This document shows positions 15,001 to 28,263 of a stretch of 64,000 nucleotides of DNA, piece after piece. The stretch lies in assembly GCA_003693705.1 (NCBI GenBank), contig RBZT01000499.1, forward strand, positions 62,001-126,000, in the 5' to 3' direction. This DNA is from Polymyxa betae A26-41. Taxonomy: Eukaryota > Protista > Endomyxa: Phytomyxea. The position numbers and the translations under genes were made by a program. The notes below the pieces were generated by a model. It saw only the letters and a list, made by a program, of their open reading frames with translations, searched no databases and was not told the origin of the DNA. Position 1 is the first letter of the stretch. Each line of letters begins with the position of its first letter.

Positions 15001-18000
15001 GACCACTTTTTGGGAAAATTTCCGATAGAATCGGTGCCGAGAAGAAAGTGGCATTGGAAGGGAAAACGTCGATGGAGTACTTTCCTTCAAGGCCAAATCC
15101 GAAACGAACATCACCATCAATATGCAAAGGCGCTTTGCAATACGCGAACGATTGGTTGACGACCACTGCGTTCGATATTACTGAATCGAAACTGCAAACG
15201 GCGTTTGAAGAATTGTAGAATCCAGAGCCCCAGATATTAACTGAAGACAGTCAATGCGAGAATCGATGTGGACAGAATGCTCGGTTACCTATTGTCTCGT
15301 CAACAGCTGATAATTTTTGCGGATAAAATGTGGAAGGAATCGCATTAGCAATAAGTAAAATTGAGCTATTTGAAAATTCTTGCCCATTATTTGTAACTTG
15401 GACGGAAACGTTTCCAGGGCCATTTCGAGGAATTTGCACATGCAGTTCACTATCCGATACGAAAATCGGTGAGAGAACATCATTTCCAACTTTAGTACGA
15501 AGATAAGGAGAACTGAAGAACCAGCCGCCAAATATCGTTTGCCATCCACCAGAACTGTATAAGCGGCTTGGGAAAATGCCTTTGATGATGGGATCTCGAT
15601 TGAATTTATAGACAATCCACTGCATTGGAGAAAATATTACACCATATACGGATACATCAACGCGAGCAGAGCCAAGCGAAGCTGGCGGTGTGGTGCACAT
15701 TATTCGCTTGTTTGAGATGAAGGTTGCTGAAACAGTCAATATCTCACCTGAGCTGTCATTGAACCGACATTTCAGACTAGAACATTTCAGGCAGTTATTA
15801 GAACAAAGATGATACCACATTACCTATTGTCAGTAAAGCCAGAGCCTGTAAGATAGACGATGGTGCCTCCATTTACAGATCCACTGCTGGGCGTAATTCC
15901 TGTTATGCTTGGCCGAGAGACAACGTTGATGATTGCTGAGCTACCAGTCCATTCAGAATAACCATTCCGAATAGAAATTGAGAAAGGGCCAGCAGTAGCC
16001 CCTGCAGGAACAGAGCAAACGATAGCGGAAGAGTTGATGAATGTAACCGGGTAAACCTCTGATAGGTTGAAAATGCAAGCCGTCCAGTTAGAATTTACAA
16101 AGTTGTTCCCAATTACTGTGAACTGCCGAGATACAGTAACATACGAAGGGACAATCCTGTAGACATTTGCAACTGGATGTAAGTTCATGGTCAAAGGAGT
16201 TGTGAACTCAAGCAGGTTGTTAGTTATTCGAATAGAAACATTTGTATATGGGGATGATGCCGCTGGACTTGAGCACACCACTGTTTCAGGATCAACAAAT
16301 TTGGCAGGTATCAAAGCACTCTGATGAGTGAAACGGCATGACAAATATTTGCTGTTGATGAAATTTCTCCCTAATATAGCGCTCAGCGACATCTGATTCC
16401 ATGACCATTGCCCGTACCGAAAATAGTTATAATCGAGGATTTGTCCAAAGGAATAGAAGCCGGTGACCAGATTTTACGCAGCATTGGAGGCTTTGATATC
16501 AAGAGCTGCAAACCTGTAGCTGAGAAGTCGCAGTTGTTGTTCGACACTCGTAGATAAATAACGTTGAGAGCTAATATATCAAAAGTCAATTTCGGCAATC
16601 ATAGAAGCAAATGATAGTCCAAACCTCTAGCAGCTGAAGGAACGGGACATTGAACCATACTTGGAGATACAAATATCGCCTTGGAAAAGACATCGCCAAT
16701 CTGGCATGAAAGCAATGCGTTAGAAACAAATCCACTTCCGGTGACATTCACAGCAACGTAATTGCCTAAATTCAAAGTAAGTTGACTCGGTTTTCGTGGG
16801 AAAAGCATAGACGCTACTTGTATCAGTCGAAACTGTATTGGGAGAGACAGTGAACAGCACTGGTAATGGCAAGTATGCGAACAGCAAAGAGTTAGTGGAA
16901 TCTTGTCCATTGGTAGTGATTGAGAAGGACACAGTTGAATAATTTGTTGCAGAAGGTGAATAGCAAACTAACGAAGTGGAGTTGACAAACTGGGAAAATA
17001 CCCTTGAATTGCCAAATTGACACGCCAAGCGGCTTGTGCTTAGAAAGCCGTTTCCCGTCACTGTTATTGGTGTACGACCAGATAGAGAGCCTGTCAATGG
17101 CGATATTGACGTAATCGATGGTTGTGTGTAGTAAGTGAAGGGCACTTGATAATCAGTATAATCGCGACCGTTATTGCTCAGTTCAAGTGCGACCGAACCA
17201 ATCGACATTGCCGGAGAGATACAAATTATATGATTTTGATCGAGGACTTCAGCTCTAACAACCGAATTCCCAAATTTGCAAGAGATACTCCTGAAAAAAT
17301 TCGCACCAAAAACTGTAACCGTCGTGTTGCCCGTTGACGGTCCATAGTCAATAGATAAACGTTCGATCCAAATGTCTGGAATTATCTCTGCGAAAACTTG
17401 GTTAGTAGAAATTTGCTGGCCATTTTCACTGGTCGAGATAAAAATGGACCCCAGCACGATTTCGTCAGGAATCGAGCACACAACTTCCGTACTGCTAATA
17501 ACGACAGATGATTCCCAATATGTCGAATTAAACACGCATTGGGTCACCCCATAAAGAAATCCAGATCCAGTAATTAGAACAGTTCTGTTCAAAGATGACT
17601 GAGTTATGATGGACGGAGAGACAGAATAAACAGCCGAAGGCGTGCGATAAATGAACATAACAGCATTAGAGAAATCCTGGCCATTGTTTGCTACGGATAC
17701 CAGAACTGATCCTGACAATATATCAAGGAGTTTGCAAATAACCTAATATCAATAAGTTGAAATGCCAAATATGGCCGTCATCAACATACGAGTCTAGGGC
17801 TGATAAACCGTAACTCAGATTGGAGTGTCCCGATATTACAAGAAGCCAACGATGAACTTCTGAATCCGGACCCGAAAACTGACAGCAGCATCGCACCAGT
17901 TCCGTTTGTTGGGTGTAGCGATCTTAAGCAAAGGTGAGTCTTGCAAAAACATATTTTCGTGCTGACTTACTGAATAACAGGTTTGCTTTCCACATTTAAC

Positions 18001-20301
18001 ATCAATTTATCAGGACCGTAATGCCATCCCCCGTTAACTGAAACATCCACTGGTATAGCTGAAGGCACGTTAAAGCCAAATACGGGAGTTGGGCATCTGA
18101 GAACGGAGCTTGATAACCAGATTGCATTTACTGTGCTCGACTCATTGAATCTACACATTAACGAACTTGATCGAGGAAATCCATTTCCGTATATCAACAG
18201 GTTGGTGGTACCACTTCCAGAAATGAAGCTTGGTGTGGCCTATCAATAATAGTTATCATAAATTCAGATACAGTGCCTCAATAATAACCTTAAAGAGCTG
18301 TGGGGGTTGAAAGAAAGTAATGAAGTGATTAGAAGGCCAAAAGTCCCAAAGGTTGTCGCTCGCCGCGACTTTTACCGGGAGACCAGTTGCCACAGTAGTT
18401 GGCAGAGAACAGCTAATACTGTGGAACAGATTCAATAATTAGGGAGAAAATAAACAGATCCATACGTTGTACTGTTTATCATCTGAGCAGGAACAACTTC
18501 ATCATTGAACCTGCAGCGAAAGCCTCCGCCGTAAGTTCGAAAGTTATTGCTAATTAGAAGAATGGAAGTATTCAATGAAACGGGAATTGATGGCGGTGTA
18601 ATAGAGCTGATCTGGAGACATCTAGAAGAAGGAATTACTAACACACAGGCAGTGCAGCACATAATGTACCTATAGCAAAAATCGAAATAGACGTTCGTAG
18701 TCTGAAAATCTGCAGCGTTATTGGAGACCGCTAGCAAGACTGTTGACAGTGTCTGCAGAGGATTGGCTTGCCTAGGTGTGACACAGATGATGACCGAGTT
18801 GTTAATGAATGTTGCAGATGACGACTGAAACCCAAATCGGCAGGTTAATAAGGACGACTGGATGAATCCAGTACCAAATATGGATACGGGAGTTCCACCG
18901 GAGCTTGACCCAAACGAGGGCAAAATCCTCGAAACTGCAGGTATATCGTAGTAGAGGAACGTCGCATTAGTGACGGAAAAGTCCAAGCCATTGGACGACA
19001 CAGCTATTTGCACAGGGCCGACGGGAGCACTCGGCGAAGAGCAAACCAATGTGGTCGAGTTGATAACGGTCGCTGACACCAAATTTGAGCCGAATCTCAC
19101 ATAGACGTTGGGACCAGGGAAGAAGTTGTTGCCGATGACGGTTACAATTGTAGATCCAGTGATAGGACCCAATTCAGGATTAGCCGAAATGACCTGCGGT
19201 GATCGAAGACACAGCAGTGAGACAGAATTAGAAGTTCCCAGATTAGATCCAGTAAAGATTTGCAATCGCATCAAAGACGTCGTTGTCACCTGTTTGGGAG
19301 CAGAATCACATTGAAGATAGGTCGAATTCAGAAACTGGACAGATACAGAAGTGAGGTCGTCAAAGACACATTTGGTCGAGGAGTCCATAACAAATCCAGA
19401 ACCGATCACTGTCAGACGTGTACCACCGCCAGACATCACGGTTGATGGATAAACCGATGCGATTTGTATAGAAGGTGCTCTATTAACAGTAGCAGTGACA
19501 CTTTCTGAATAGTCAAATCCATTGAAGGATAATGCAATCGAAGAAGGCAAACGGTATAAATCCCAGCTTGACCTGCACGTGACTGCTGTTGAATTGATGA
19601 ACGTCCCTGAAATGAATGTGGTGAAGATTCGACAAGTTATAGTTCTTGACTTGAAAAATCCAGATCCCACAACAGTTATGATAGTTCCTGTTCTAAGCGG
19701 GGAAACCGCTGGATGAGCATACGAAATCGTCGGCATATTGTAGTAGAAGAACGAAATGTTGTCACTTGTATAATCAACGCCATTGTTGGAGACTTCAACA
19801 AAAACCGTCGCCGATGTGTTATGTGATGGAGCAAAACATCTTATGGCATTGGATGACAGAGAATATCCTAATGGTCAAATCAGTATAGAACGGTCATGCA
19901 AAAGCATTTACCAATAACGACACTAGAGCCGAATTTGCAAAGAGGGTTCGAGGCAAAATTCACCCCAAAGACTGTCACCAATGTTCCACCAGAAGTTGGC
20001 CCCAATGCAACAGAAACATTCTGCACTCTTGGAGGCTGAAAGTATTTGATGAGCTTCTGAGACCTTGACCAGGAAACATTGCCATTCGGAGACACCTCTA
20101 AAAGCACTAATTCAACAAAGATTGTGTTTGTAATTAGGGCTATAGAATAATACCGATGTGGTCGAATAAAGTCGAACGAGATGGCACTATACATTGCAGA
20201 GTGGTATCATTGATGGCGGTGGCCGGGGTCCAGATTGTATTTGCCGCTGCTATTGTCACACACAGCACTAAAATCGTCCAAACAATTTGACCGGTTTGCA
20301 T
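1..20301 (-). CDS. Giant multi-exon secreted/surface protein: signal peptide, dozens of tandem IPT/TIG (Ig-like) domains, then a Cys-rich GCC2/GCC3 (ephrin-receptor-like) repeat region; 3' end runs off the window
   Basis: ATG at 20301 gives MQTGQIVWTILVLCVTIAAANTIWT, a hydrophobic signal peptide. Successive minus-strand ORFs joined by ~50-nt GT-AG introns repeat the IPT pattern PxxGPxxGGTxVTVxGxxF...CxFG...C (e.g. 18432-19736, 16720-17718, 12659-13453). From ~2290 to ~280 the product switches to CPxGxYC repeats (CPPGQYQPESGQSRCLPCP, CPPGSYCPVGS). I cannot exclude that this is two adjacent genes. Confidence 0.8.
545..561. repeat. Short telomere-like repeat (AACCCTAAAACCCTAAA) inside an intron
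   Basis: About two CCCTAAAA/TTTTAGGG units within the minus-strand intron between ...SCVEG and YVCDQ... Confidence 0.6.
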
Positions 20302-20857
20302 TTATATTATGCAGTTAAATGCATGGCCAAAAGTATTCTTAAAAAGCAATTTAGATTGTTGCCTAGAAGGAGAATGGTGTAAGATAAAGCCAGTGTCAGT
20401 ATCCTCTATGATTTGTAGCATAAATCTTGAAGACGCAGCCCTATTTCATTTTATGCATTCCATCCATATTTCTGCAATAAGGCAATCCATATTATCACGA
20501 CCTGTACAAGTCTTCGCATATTACAGTAGAGACAGAATCTGGTTTCAAACAAACTCTTTGCAAAACAAAGTTGATCTCCCCCGATTCACACACACTACAC
20601 TGATATAAGCAATAGCATTCGGGCATTCCTGAAACCATGTGAAAGCAACTCTTAAGGTCAACGTATCGCCAATCGTTAGATGGTAGAAATGCGAGCAGGG
20701 AAATCGAGCAGCCGATCAGGCGAGCCTGTTTGCTTGGAGTAACATTACATATAATACTTTTTGACTTTCTCATTTTAAGTTGAATGTGCCTCCGTAGTGC
20801 ATAACCATTAAGGCTGATAGGCCGATAGCATAGTCATTCGGTACAGTCACTGGATTT

Positions 20858-23016
20858 ATGACATCGCAAGCGACGAAATGGAGGAATCGGGCCGTGCTTC
20901 TGCTATTCGTTGTCATCAACATTTTGTGCTATTTTGATCGTGGTGCCATGTCAGCTAGGTAGCAATTTCGTGCTGAAATGTGGCCATAAATCATAAATTA
21001 AACGTTTAATGTTAGCTTGATATCGTTGTCGAATTCTGCAATGGGCCTGACTGAGTTGCAGAATGGCTCACTTTCAACAGTATATATTGGCAAGGACATT
21101 TTTGACTCCAGAAATGAATTTGCTGCTGATGACCTTTTTAGTTGGATTCATGGTTTCAGCTCCCATATTTGGAAAAGCAGCAACCGTTTATTCTCCAATA
21201 TTCACAATGGCGGTCGGGATGTTACTCTGGTCGGCTGCAACAATTGCCACTGGTGCAGCAGGATCATATTCAACGCTCATTGTTGCTCGGCTTTTTACCG
21301 GCGTTGGAGAAGCCAGTTTTGTATGTATTGCAGCTGTAACTGTGCTCGACATCTAGATGATTCAATCTCTTACATTCCTCTAGCCAATCATTGACATCAT
21401 TGCTCCTAAAAGTCGGCGATCGGTTTGTTGCAAGCACTGTCCGCATGACCTTTGGAATTGCTGATTAATTCTATGCAAGACATGGCTCTCATGCTTTTAC
21501 CTCGCGATCCCATTTGGTTTTGCGTTAGGAATTGCTACCCAAGGATTGATTGGTAAGCGCCATTTTGGTTCAATGCGTGTCAGTCGGTGTAATCAGTCGC
21601 TTAGTTCAGTATGGAGAGCTTTCTTCGGACAACAATTGGCGAATCATTTTCGTTGTTGAAGGTAATTTTGTTTACCACAAATCTTGTATTTTCTTGAAAA
21701 AGTACTTCCGCAGGGCTTATGGTTTTACCTTTCATTGTAATATCTCTATTCATTCCTTCCAGAGCTGTTCGTCTCGAAACTGAAGTCAGTTCCTTCCGCG
21801 TGTGTCATTAAGTCTCAATTTATATGTAGCATCGCCATGACTTCAACATTGTGGCTGATGTCACTGCTATATTGTCCAATCCTGTATTCTTTTGGACTGT
21901 TTTTGGATATGCAATGCAGACGTTTGTCGTTGGAGGATATAGCAGTTTCGGTAGGACATTATCATTTCATGTCTAAACCGAACTTATTTAAATAGGCGAA
22001 TCGTTTTTGGAGGAGGCTGATGGCATTACAGCCTCAAAATCATCTTTGTGTAACCAGCTTATATATCCACTTATATTCAGCTAATAATCTGTCGACATTA
22101 GTATTCGGTGTGATTACATTCGTTGCAGGGGTTTCTGGCACAGCGTTTGGGGGGTTGCTGCTTGATCAATATAGCAAATCACTGATCAGGTAAATCTGCA
22201 AGTACTTATTGCAGTGAAGTAGTCTTATGATGCTATTGCAGCAACTCTGAATCTTGCCCTGAAATCGTTTGCCCGGATCCTACAACAGCATTACTTGCAG
22301 AAGGTGTCATACCTGAAAGAAGGTCCAGGATTCTTGATGCCGCTCGAACCGTTGCTGCCCTACGTATCATATCTGCTGCGGCTTGGATTGTATGGAGATA
22401 TAGAGAATTATGCTTTATTGACATTCTGCTCTTAGATTTTACCTTGCTTTGCATTATCTTTTATCTCGCTGAATCTACTTACTTTCCTCTTTGGAGCATT
22501 CCTTACTGAATTCTTCGTCTTCGCATGCTTGGTATTTAGTAATTGAAGCTTCAATAGAATTCTGGTGTTGAGACGTTTTGCAGTCACCTTGCAATAGTGC
22601 CATTATGTGGAGCCAAAAGGATGTACGGCTTAGGCCATTAGCGATGGTTAGCTTTTTCAACCTAGTTGCATTCTCCGAATTGAATGAGCTGTGTAGGCCA
22701 TATCAGCCACAATGATCCACGTTCTGGGGGATGCAATCAGCCCTACTGTTATCGGGGTACAGACAAGTCATCTATTTTTACCATCAAATTGTTCTAAACT
22801 CTTATATTACAGGCGTTAATAGATTACACGCATAACTGGTTATTTTCGCTTCGCCTTCTTGGGGTTTGGCTTGTGATCGCACTGGCTGTTTGGATCAGAG
22901 CGACCAGGTGGGTTAACATTAATTATTAGTTGTTGATATTGTACTGTGTCTAATAATTATATAGGCTAGGGGAATTGGAACTGCAGACGCTTATGTTCGA
23001 AACCAATTCGATATAA
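20858..23016 (+). CDS. Spinster-family MFS transporter (multi-exon)
   Basis: Spliced product MTSQATKWRNRAVLLLFVVINILCYFDRGAMS...ARLFTGVGEASFVCIAAPIIDIIAPKSRRSTWLSCFYLAIPFGFALG...IHVLGDAISPTVIG matches Spinster-type motifs. Stop TAA at 23014-23016. Confidence 0.85.
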
Positions 23017-23301
23017 TTGTATGCAGTAAATTTGGTATATAAATGTATACAGGATCCAATAAAATATTAAGTGTGATATCAACTTTGATAATGTAACCGG
23101 CAATTTTTTCCTGAGGTATATCGAGAGTTCAGCTTCTTATCTCACAATGCCTTTCATCACAACCATTCTTATTGACGGAATGAAAAGCACTCACTTTCAG
23201 TATAACGTTACTCGAACATCGAAAGAAAAGATGTTGTAACGGAGTTTTGCCTCAGCTTTTCAAATAGAGATCCATTCGTCGAACGTAGAATCTGATTCAC
23301 C

Positions 23302-23790
23302 ATGGTTTGTCGTGACATCGGATTTGCTCATTATTAAGCTAATACTGGTCTAGAGTAAGACCTCTAGTCAATCAGCAACAAAGCCCAAAGACATTGTGGC
23401 TTCGACAGACGATGAAGATAATCTTACCGTTTTTGTAACTATAAATTATTGGTGCATAACTTATGTTTACTGATTGATCGCTTAGGTTCAAGATCTGTTA
23501 GAGCAAATGGTATTATAACAGTGATTGTATCATTACTGCTTGCTAATGGATTCATCCAGCAATCGCGATTTCAACAAATGACCAATACTATTGTATCCAG
23601 AAGTCAGTGTACTGTCTTTCAGCTAAGCACTTTCTGATTTTATTGCATCGCAGTTGATGATATGGGAAGCCGCATTGACGAATTGGAAAAGTCTATTGGC
23701 GACCTCATGAGTCAAGCTGGAATAACTGACGATCGTGGGGTGCCAGGCCTTAGTGACGATAGTCGCCTCAAAAAAGATTCCAAAGCATAA
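23302..23790 (+). CDS. HSBP1: Heat shock factor-binding protein 1
   Basis: Not in the ORF track because the exons are short. Spliced product M|SKTSSQ...DNLTVF|VQDLLEQM|QSRFQQMTNTIVSRI|DDMGSRIDELEKSIGDLMSQAG carries the HSBP1 signature. The first coding exon is just ATG. Confidence 0.9.
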
Positions 23791-23884
23791 TCACCTCTGG
23801 ACCGTAATTTCAACTCAATACCATACGATCTGTACTGTCAATTGATATGCTTGGTTTCAAACCTTACCGATAAAATGTTGATGA

Positions 23885-25592
23885 ATGGCAGACACTAGAA
23901 AATCTTCTAACTTTTTTGAAAATTTGCGTAAAACTCGCGTCAATGTCAGTCTGCTGATTGACATGGAACCCGATGCAAAGCAGCTGCAACAGCCGAAGTC
24001 CTTGAATGATTCTACTGCGACTTCACAATGTAAAAAGGGTTTGGCCAGTGGACCTAGGAGATATGTTAGAGGCCCGGCTCAAGATATCCTGTCATCAGAC
24101 GAAATTTGCAAGCTTTCTCTTGCTGTTTCGTCTCGATTGCCGACAAATTATCAATTCGAAATTGAGAAAACTGTTCGAAGATGCAAACTAACCGATGTCA
24201 AACGTGTTGCTTTGCAGTTTCCGGAAGGTCTGCTGATGTTCTCCTGTACAATTGGTATGAAGCTCTCTAATATATATTTTGTTGTTCTGAGTGTGGTCAT
24301 TAGCTGATATTCTGGTTGAATTCGCCAATGTAGAAGATGTTATTGTTCTTGGTGACGTCACTTATGGCGCTTGCTGTGTAGATGACTACACTGCTTCGGC
24401 GTTAGAAGCCGATCTTCTCGTTCACTATGGCCATTCTTGTCTTGTACCTGTCTCAATGACGAAAATTCCATGCCTATACATTTTTGTCACAATTGAAATT
24501 GATGTGGCACACATTGTCGACACAATTTCGGCGACATTCTCCTCACAAACTCGACTGGCTATTGCAGGAACTATCCAGTTCGAATCGGCTATTAATCTGG
24601 TCTCCGAATCGCTGGAGAATTCATTTGTGCCACAATGCAAGCCTCTGTCAAGAGGTTTCGTCAATATTCTGGTCTTCTCTTCGTCTTCTTAATTTGTCTA
24701 CAGGTGAGGTACTAGGTTGCACAGCTCCCAAGATCTCACGTGAATCGACGGATGCACTGGTTTTCATTGCTGACGGTAGATTTCACTTGGAATCGACTAT
24801 GATGGCCAATCCATGGCTTCCAGCCTATCGTTATGATCCATACAGCAAAAGAATGACCATTGAAGTATACGATCATGACCAGATGAGGAAGAATCGCTTA
24901 TCTGTCGTTCAAAAGGTTCCTATTGTTTCGAGATGTGTCAATGTTGTGAACTGATTTGTGTCTAGGCTTCATCGGGCAAGCAATGGGGCGTCATTTTAGG
25001 TACCCTAGGTCGTCAAGGTAATGTCGGGATCGTATCCCGAATCGAGCAATTACTTCGTTCACGGGGCATTCCTTACATTCTCGTGTTGTTATCTGAAATT
25101 TTCCCGAATAAGCTGGATTTGCTCCCAGATGTGGATACTTGGGTCCAGGTTGCTTGTCCTCGTCTGTCAGTAGATTGGGGTATGGCTTTCTCTAAACCTC
25201 TACTGTCTTCTTATGAGGCTATCCAAGCTCTATCTGACGTAGGAATCTCAACATGTTTTTGTTACTATCTCAACTTGTTTTTGCCTCTCTTTGCAACGTT
25301 TTTGACTTTTCTGAAGTTTTCGATGTTACTTCTACTAGGCTCAACTTTATTGTTATCAGTTAGTTATGTTTCAAGATTGTGGCATCAAACATCTGAGTTG
25401 TTTCCATATTAGTGCTCATCGGGATATGACGGTTCGCATCCAATGGACTACTATTCAAAATCAGGCGGTATCTGGTCTAACTACTATTCGCTCGACTCGA
25501 CAGCTGCAAACAAAGAGTCGACACGGAAACGAGTCGAAAGGGCACTGCTCGCCAAGAAGAACTTATCAAAACCTACAGCAATGTCCAGCTAA
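23885..25592 (+). CDS. DPH1: Diphthamide biosynthesis protein 1 (start may be 23963)
   Basis: Motifs [72 protein letters not shown] and C-terminal PMDYYS. Confidence 0.95.
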
Positions 25593-25649
25593 CAGCTGGC
25601 CTTATATAATTCTAATTAAACCGAACCAAAATTTCGAAGCCAACTGTCA

Positions 25650-26668
25650 TCATCCGATGACTTTACGTTTATGAGCAGTATTCATATACGGTCGCAGAAC
25701 CCATTCGTTCTGGGCCTCTTTCATATCGGCTGTACCTAGCTTGATTTGATATAACCTCATCTCGAATCGTGGGCCAATTTCGCGAAGCTCCACGTCCTTT
25801 CCGTTTGGCTGTTCATATGTGTGGTGGCGGAACGAGATAAAGTCATTCTTGTTGACAAATGAGATGACACGCCTGCTATCGAGCTTCGGGACCGGGAACA
25901 AGTACTTTAATATCGTCTGAAGTCGTTTACCAAGAGCCGTATCGAATTTGTCAAATATTAGATGCGGATAAGCCTCCGATACGGTTCCTGATATGTTTGT
26001 TCAGAATAATGATGTAACTAAACCAAGCAAACTACCAATTTTCGAGTCTTTGATATCGTGACGAGTGACAACACCCGATAGATTGAAGTAAGCAGTCGGG
26101 CCAGATGGCATATGGCTAACAATCATAGCATCGGGTTCACCACGATGTTCGTGAACGATAACCAGATCGGTGATCTCGTTAGTCCGGCAGGCGGCTACAA
26201 GTTCCTGAAATCCCCATGTAAGTACAGATCGAAATAGTCAATATAGCATAGACCTTAATGACGGTAGCACCACGATTCATTCGTTGAGCATTGGGGAACA
26301 TGAGACGAACTTCAGAGGCAAACTGGATCAGTTTGCTGGAGGGATTTCTAGAGGTCGTCACGAGCACTTTCGGATCCTGAATCCCAGCTTTCTGATATTC
26401 ATCATCAATCAGCGACGGTGGTCCTGAACCCAGTATTAATAAAAATCTAAGGAGCAACTGATCTGAGTTGACCTTCCGTCAAAGCATCGTCAAATTTCAG
26501 ATCTTCTCGTAGATCGGCTTCCTGGGCGCGTAATTCGGTTGGAATTTTGGTTCCACTCTCAAGCGCCTCGCGAATTTGCTTTTTACGATCATACAGCGAG
26601 CGCTCTTTCGCTTCAAGATTCTTTCGATAGAGATACTCGCGACGTAATCGAGCATTACGACGTATCAT
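25650..26668 (-). CDS. IMP4: U3 snoRNP protein IMP4 (Brix domain)
   Basis: Motifs [63 protein letters not shown]. Confidence 0.95.
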
Positions 26669-28263
26669 GTTGGGCTTCGGATAGAGATTCTGATCAGATT
26701 TTTTCCTATGGAACTGGAAGACATTTCCCGCAAATCTCAACAGATTGAAGTCCGACTCGCACGCAGTTTTTCCAATTCATTTTCATGTTCGAATTCTGTT
26801 TCTAATTTCTGGTGAGGTTGGTGGTTGGGGAGAATGATCCTTGATCCCATGTCCTTTGGAAAGTACCTTTCGTTAACACTGAACAGATGCTGGAAATTCA
26901 ACTCATCGTTGTGAATTTCATTGCGATTCGTAATTTTTTGCCTTTAATCTTTCATAGACCACTACAACCAGTTTAAGGCGCATTCCCGCTCAACGTGCAT
27001 ATCAGCTTAACAAGGTTAAGCATTGTTAGTAGATATCAAATACGAGTTTGCTAGCGATGGAGACTTAGAATTCGGTAGCGCTGCAAGGGTATGGAACTTT
27101 AAGTAGCCTCTATTCACTTGATTGCCGATCTGGTTCCTGGTATTGTTCGTCATTGCAGAAGTTGTGATCGATCAAGGATTATCGTTTGTGCAATAACATA
27201 TCTAGTTTTAACAGCAATCAGTTTGCTATTGCATATTTTTTTAGGCGTTTGTGAATGTGAAGATCAGCGAAGCTTGCAAGAGACTTACATTAGCCCGCTT
27301 TACATACAATCTTTCTCTTTATCACCCGATTCATGATATTGCAAAAATCTAGCTTCCAACCTTTGATTACTCTCCGAATACTTAAATCGCCTATGAATCT
27401 ATCTGTGATGTGATTGAAGAGCGTATTGATCCAATAATGCCTATCATTTTATAGTTCTTATTAAGCATATGCTTTCCCCTACTGCTATTTGAGCTTCAAT
27501 GGCCGAGCCACAGTGCAATCGCTTCTCTAGTGAAGACTACAGTAAAGTTATTGCGTCATGAGAGCCAACCCAGAATAACGTGAATATTTCCAGTCGTTGA
27601 AGACTATTTCCCAAAACAATGAATCGGATGTATGGAGAGAGGGTTTCATTTTATAAAACTTGTAATCCACGTTACATGATCAATCCCCGAATCTCTTAAT
27701 TGACGACGGGTGAGTTCGATGCAGATTGCCATCCACGACGACAGTCCTTCGAAATCCACCATTCTGCCTCAATCAAACTTGGCCGCATGGGCATCGCTTT
27801 TACGTTTGATACGACTGCAACCCTTATGCATGTGGTTACATATCATGGGTGCATGGAAGGCCGCGGATACTCAAAGAAAGTTCTCAGAGAGGGTTGCGAC
27901 ATAACACGTTTGGCCAAACGAAACGTCCTTAGTAAGATGAGTCGTAGTGCCACAAGACAGGTGTAAATCCGCCAAAATAGTTCCCGACGACGGACGTAGC
28001 GAATCAGCCGAACGCGACAACGCGGTCGACGAAGGATTTCAGCGCGGCGATGCCAACAGAGGGTTTTCTGTTGACGCGGCCGTCAGAGCTAAATTTATCA
28101 AGCGACACAAAGTGCGCCGTGTGTGAGTGGCTGCGCCAGACACTGAACGTGTCGCATCCACATTAACGCCGGTCACCTCTATATCTGTGTCTCACATGAC
28201 CGAGTCGCCGACCTCCGTATCATTATTTATCTAAACGAATTGATCTCGGATTGAACCTTTGAT

